Source of the DNA: Batkoa obscura
Lineage: Eukaryota
Length of the DNA stretch: 64,000 bases
Reading direction: 5' to 3'
Assembly (NCBI GenBank): GCA_030770535.1
Contig: JASVEC010000013.1
Span: forward strand, 186,001 to 250,000
Part shown: positions 63,234 to 64,000 of the stretch, piece by piece
Layout of the letters: each line of letters begins with the position of its first letter
Numbering within the stretch: position 1 is the first letter of the stretch
The notes under the pieces: model-generated
The model's database searches: none
What the model was told of the DNA's origin: nothing
What the model saw: the letters and a program-made list of their open reading frames with translations, nothing else
Made by a program: the position numbers and the translations under genes

Positions 63234-63334
63234 TGGGGAAGTATTTTTATGTTTAATAACTTTACTAACAATTTTTCCACTCAAATAGCGCTTAAAACAT
63301 GGAAAAAGTAATGAAGCCAAAAAAAGCACCCCCA
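63234..63334 (+). mobile_element. 100-bp MITE copy
   Basis: Family consensus; flanks AA/AA. Confidence 0.88.
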
Positions 63335-64000
63335 AATGTAGGAGATCCTTTTAGTATAATTATATTTTTACTCAAAAGCATTTTAAATGGGTTTCAAATT
63401 TACTAATTAAATAAGTGTTTGATTTTTAAGAAATTGATTTATAGCAAGTACTATTGTGTAAGTGCTTAAGTTTCAATTAGAAATTAATTAAAATGTAGAG
63501 ATAAACTAGATTTATTCAGCTCTACTCCAGGTTTAATGCAGCAATTGTATATTCTTCCTTGGAAAAGTAATGTTCTAATCAAGAGGTTAATAGCCACTTA
63601 CCACAAAGGGTTTAATATTAAAAAATAATAATCAAAGGAATTTAGCTATGGCATAATATATCTCCATGCAAAAATACTATTACAAAAATACTATTATATA
63701 CAATCTATATAAAAAGTATTGTAAGTTTACTAAAAATATATACAATATGATTAAAAACTATTAATCAGTTTAAATAAAATTAATAATAATGTTCAATGAA
63801 AAATGAAAAGTGAAAAAGTTATTTATAGTAGAATATTGCATCATTTACTTTTTTTAAAGTAAATACCCCTTTCATAAATCACAATTTATTGCAACCCTGA
63901 TTTAAGGTTGAATAGCTGCGTAACATGATTTGAAGTTGAATAGCTGCGCAAAATAGGCTATATGAAATGATAGTATATAAGCGCTAATCTTTCAAATAAC

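Noticed and set aside
7328..63334. Dispersed 100-bp repeats as a CRISPR array or REP system
   Set aside because: Eukaryotic context, irregular spacing, both orientations, TIRs and TSDs; no cas genes.
59700..64000. Possible genes upstream of the ABCB transporter
   Set aside because: No ORF of 60 aa or more and no recognisable motif; only two MITEs and a 14-bp direct repeat (gttgaatagctgcg) near 63910-63950.

Overview
Eukaryotic, very AT-rich fungal DNA with short GT-AG introns. The gene content suggests an early-diverging fungus, possibly Entomophthoromycotina (inference only). The window is compartmentalised. Core blocks at 1-2.3 kb and about 14-30 kb are gene-dense and mostly intron-rich: SCPx-type thiolase head-to-head with PEX2, DRG1/RBG1 GTPase, an EAF-like protein, NHA1-type antiporter, two orphans and a short/branched-chain acyl-CoA dehydrogenase. 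Accessory blocks at 2.4-14 kb and 30-64 kb are repeat-rich and carry mostly intronless secreted-protein genes. These are two identical inverted copies of a 6-Cys beta/gamma-crystallin-like protein, three mosaic secreted tyrosinases (one a pseudogene), two Gly/Ser/Asn-rich nearly uncharged paralogs, an S41 peptidase and an ABCB exporter, plus a P450 pseudogene. Mobile DNA includes about 22 copies of a 100-bp TGGGG...CCCCA MITE with variable 2-bp target duplications, three solo LTRs with 4-bp TSDs and a foldback element. The most interesting candidate system is the tyrosinase + Gly/Ser-rich protein + S41 peptidase locus, a possible extracellular cross-linked fibre/adhesive or RiPP-like module. 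Exon boundaries were read by eye and are approximate.
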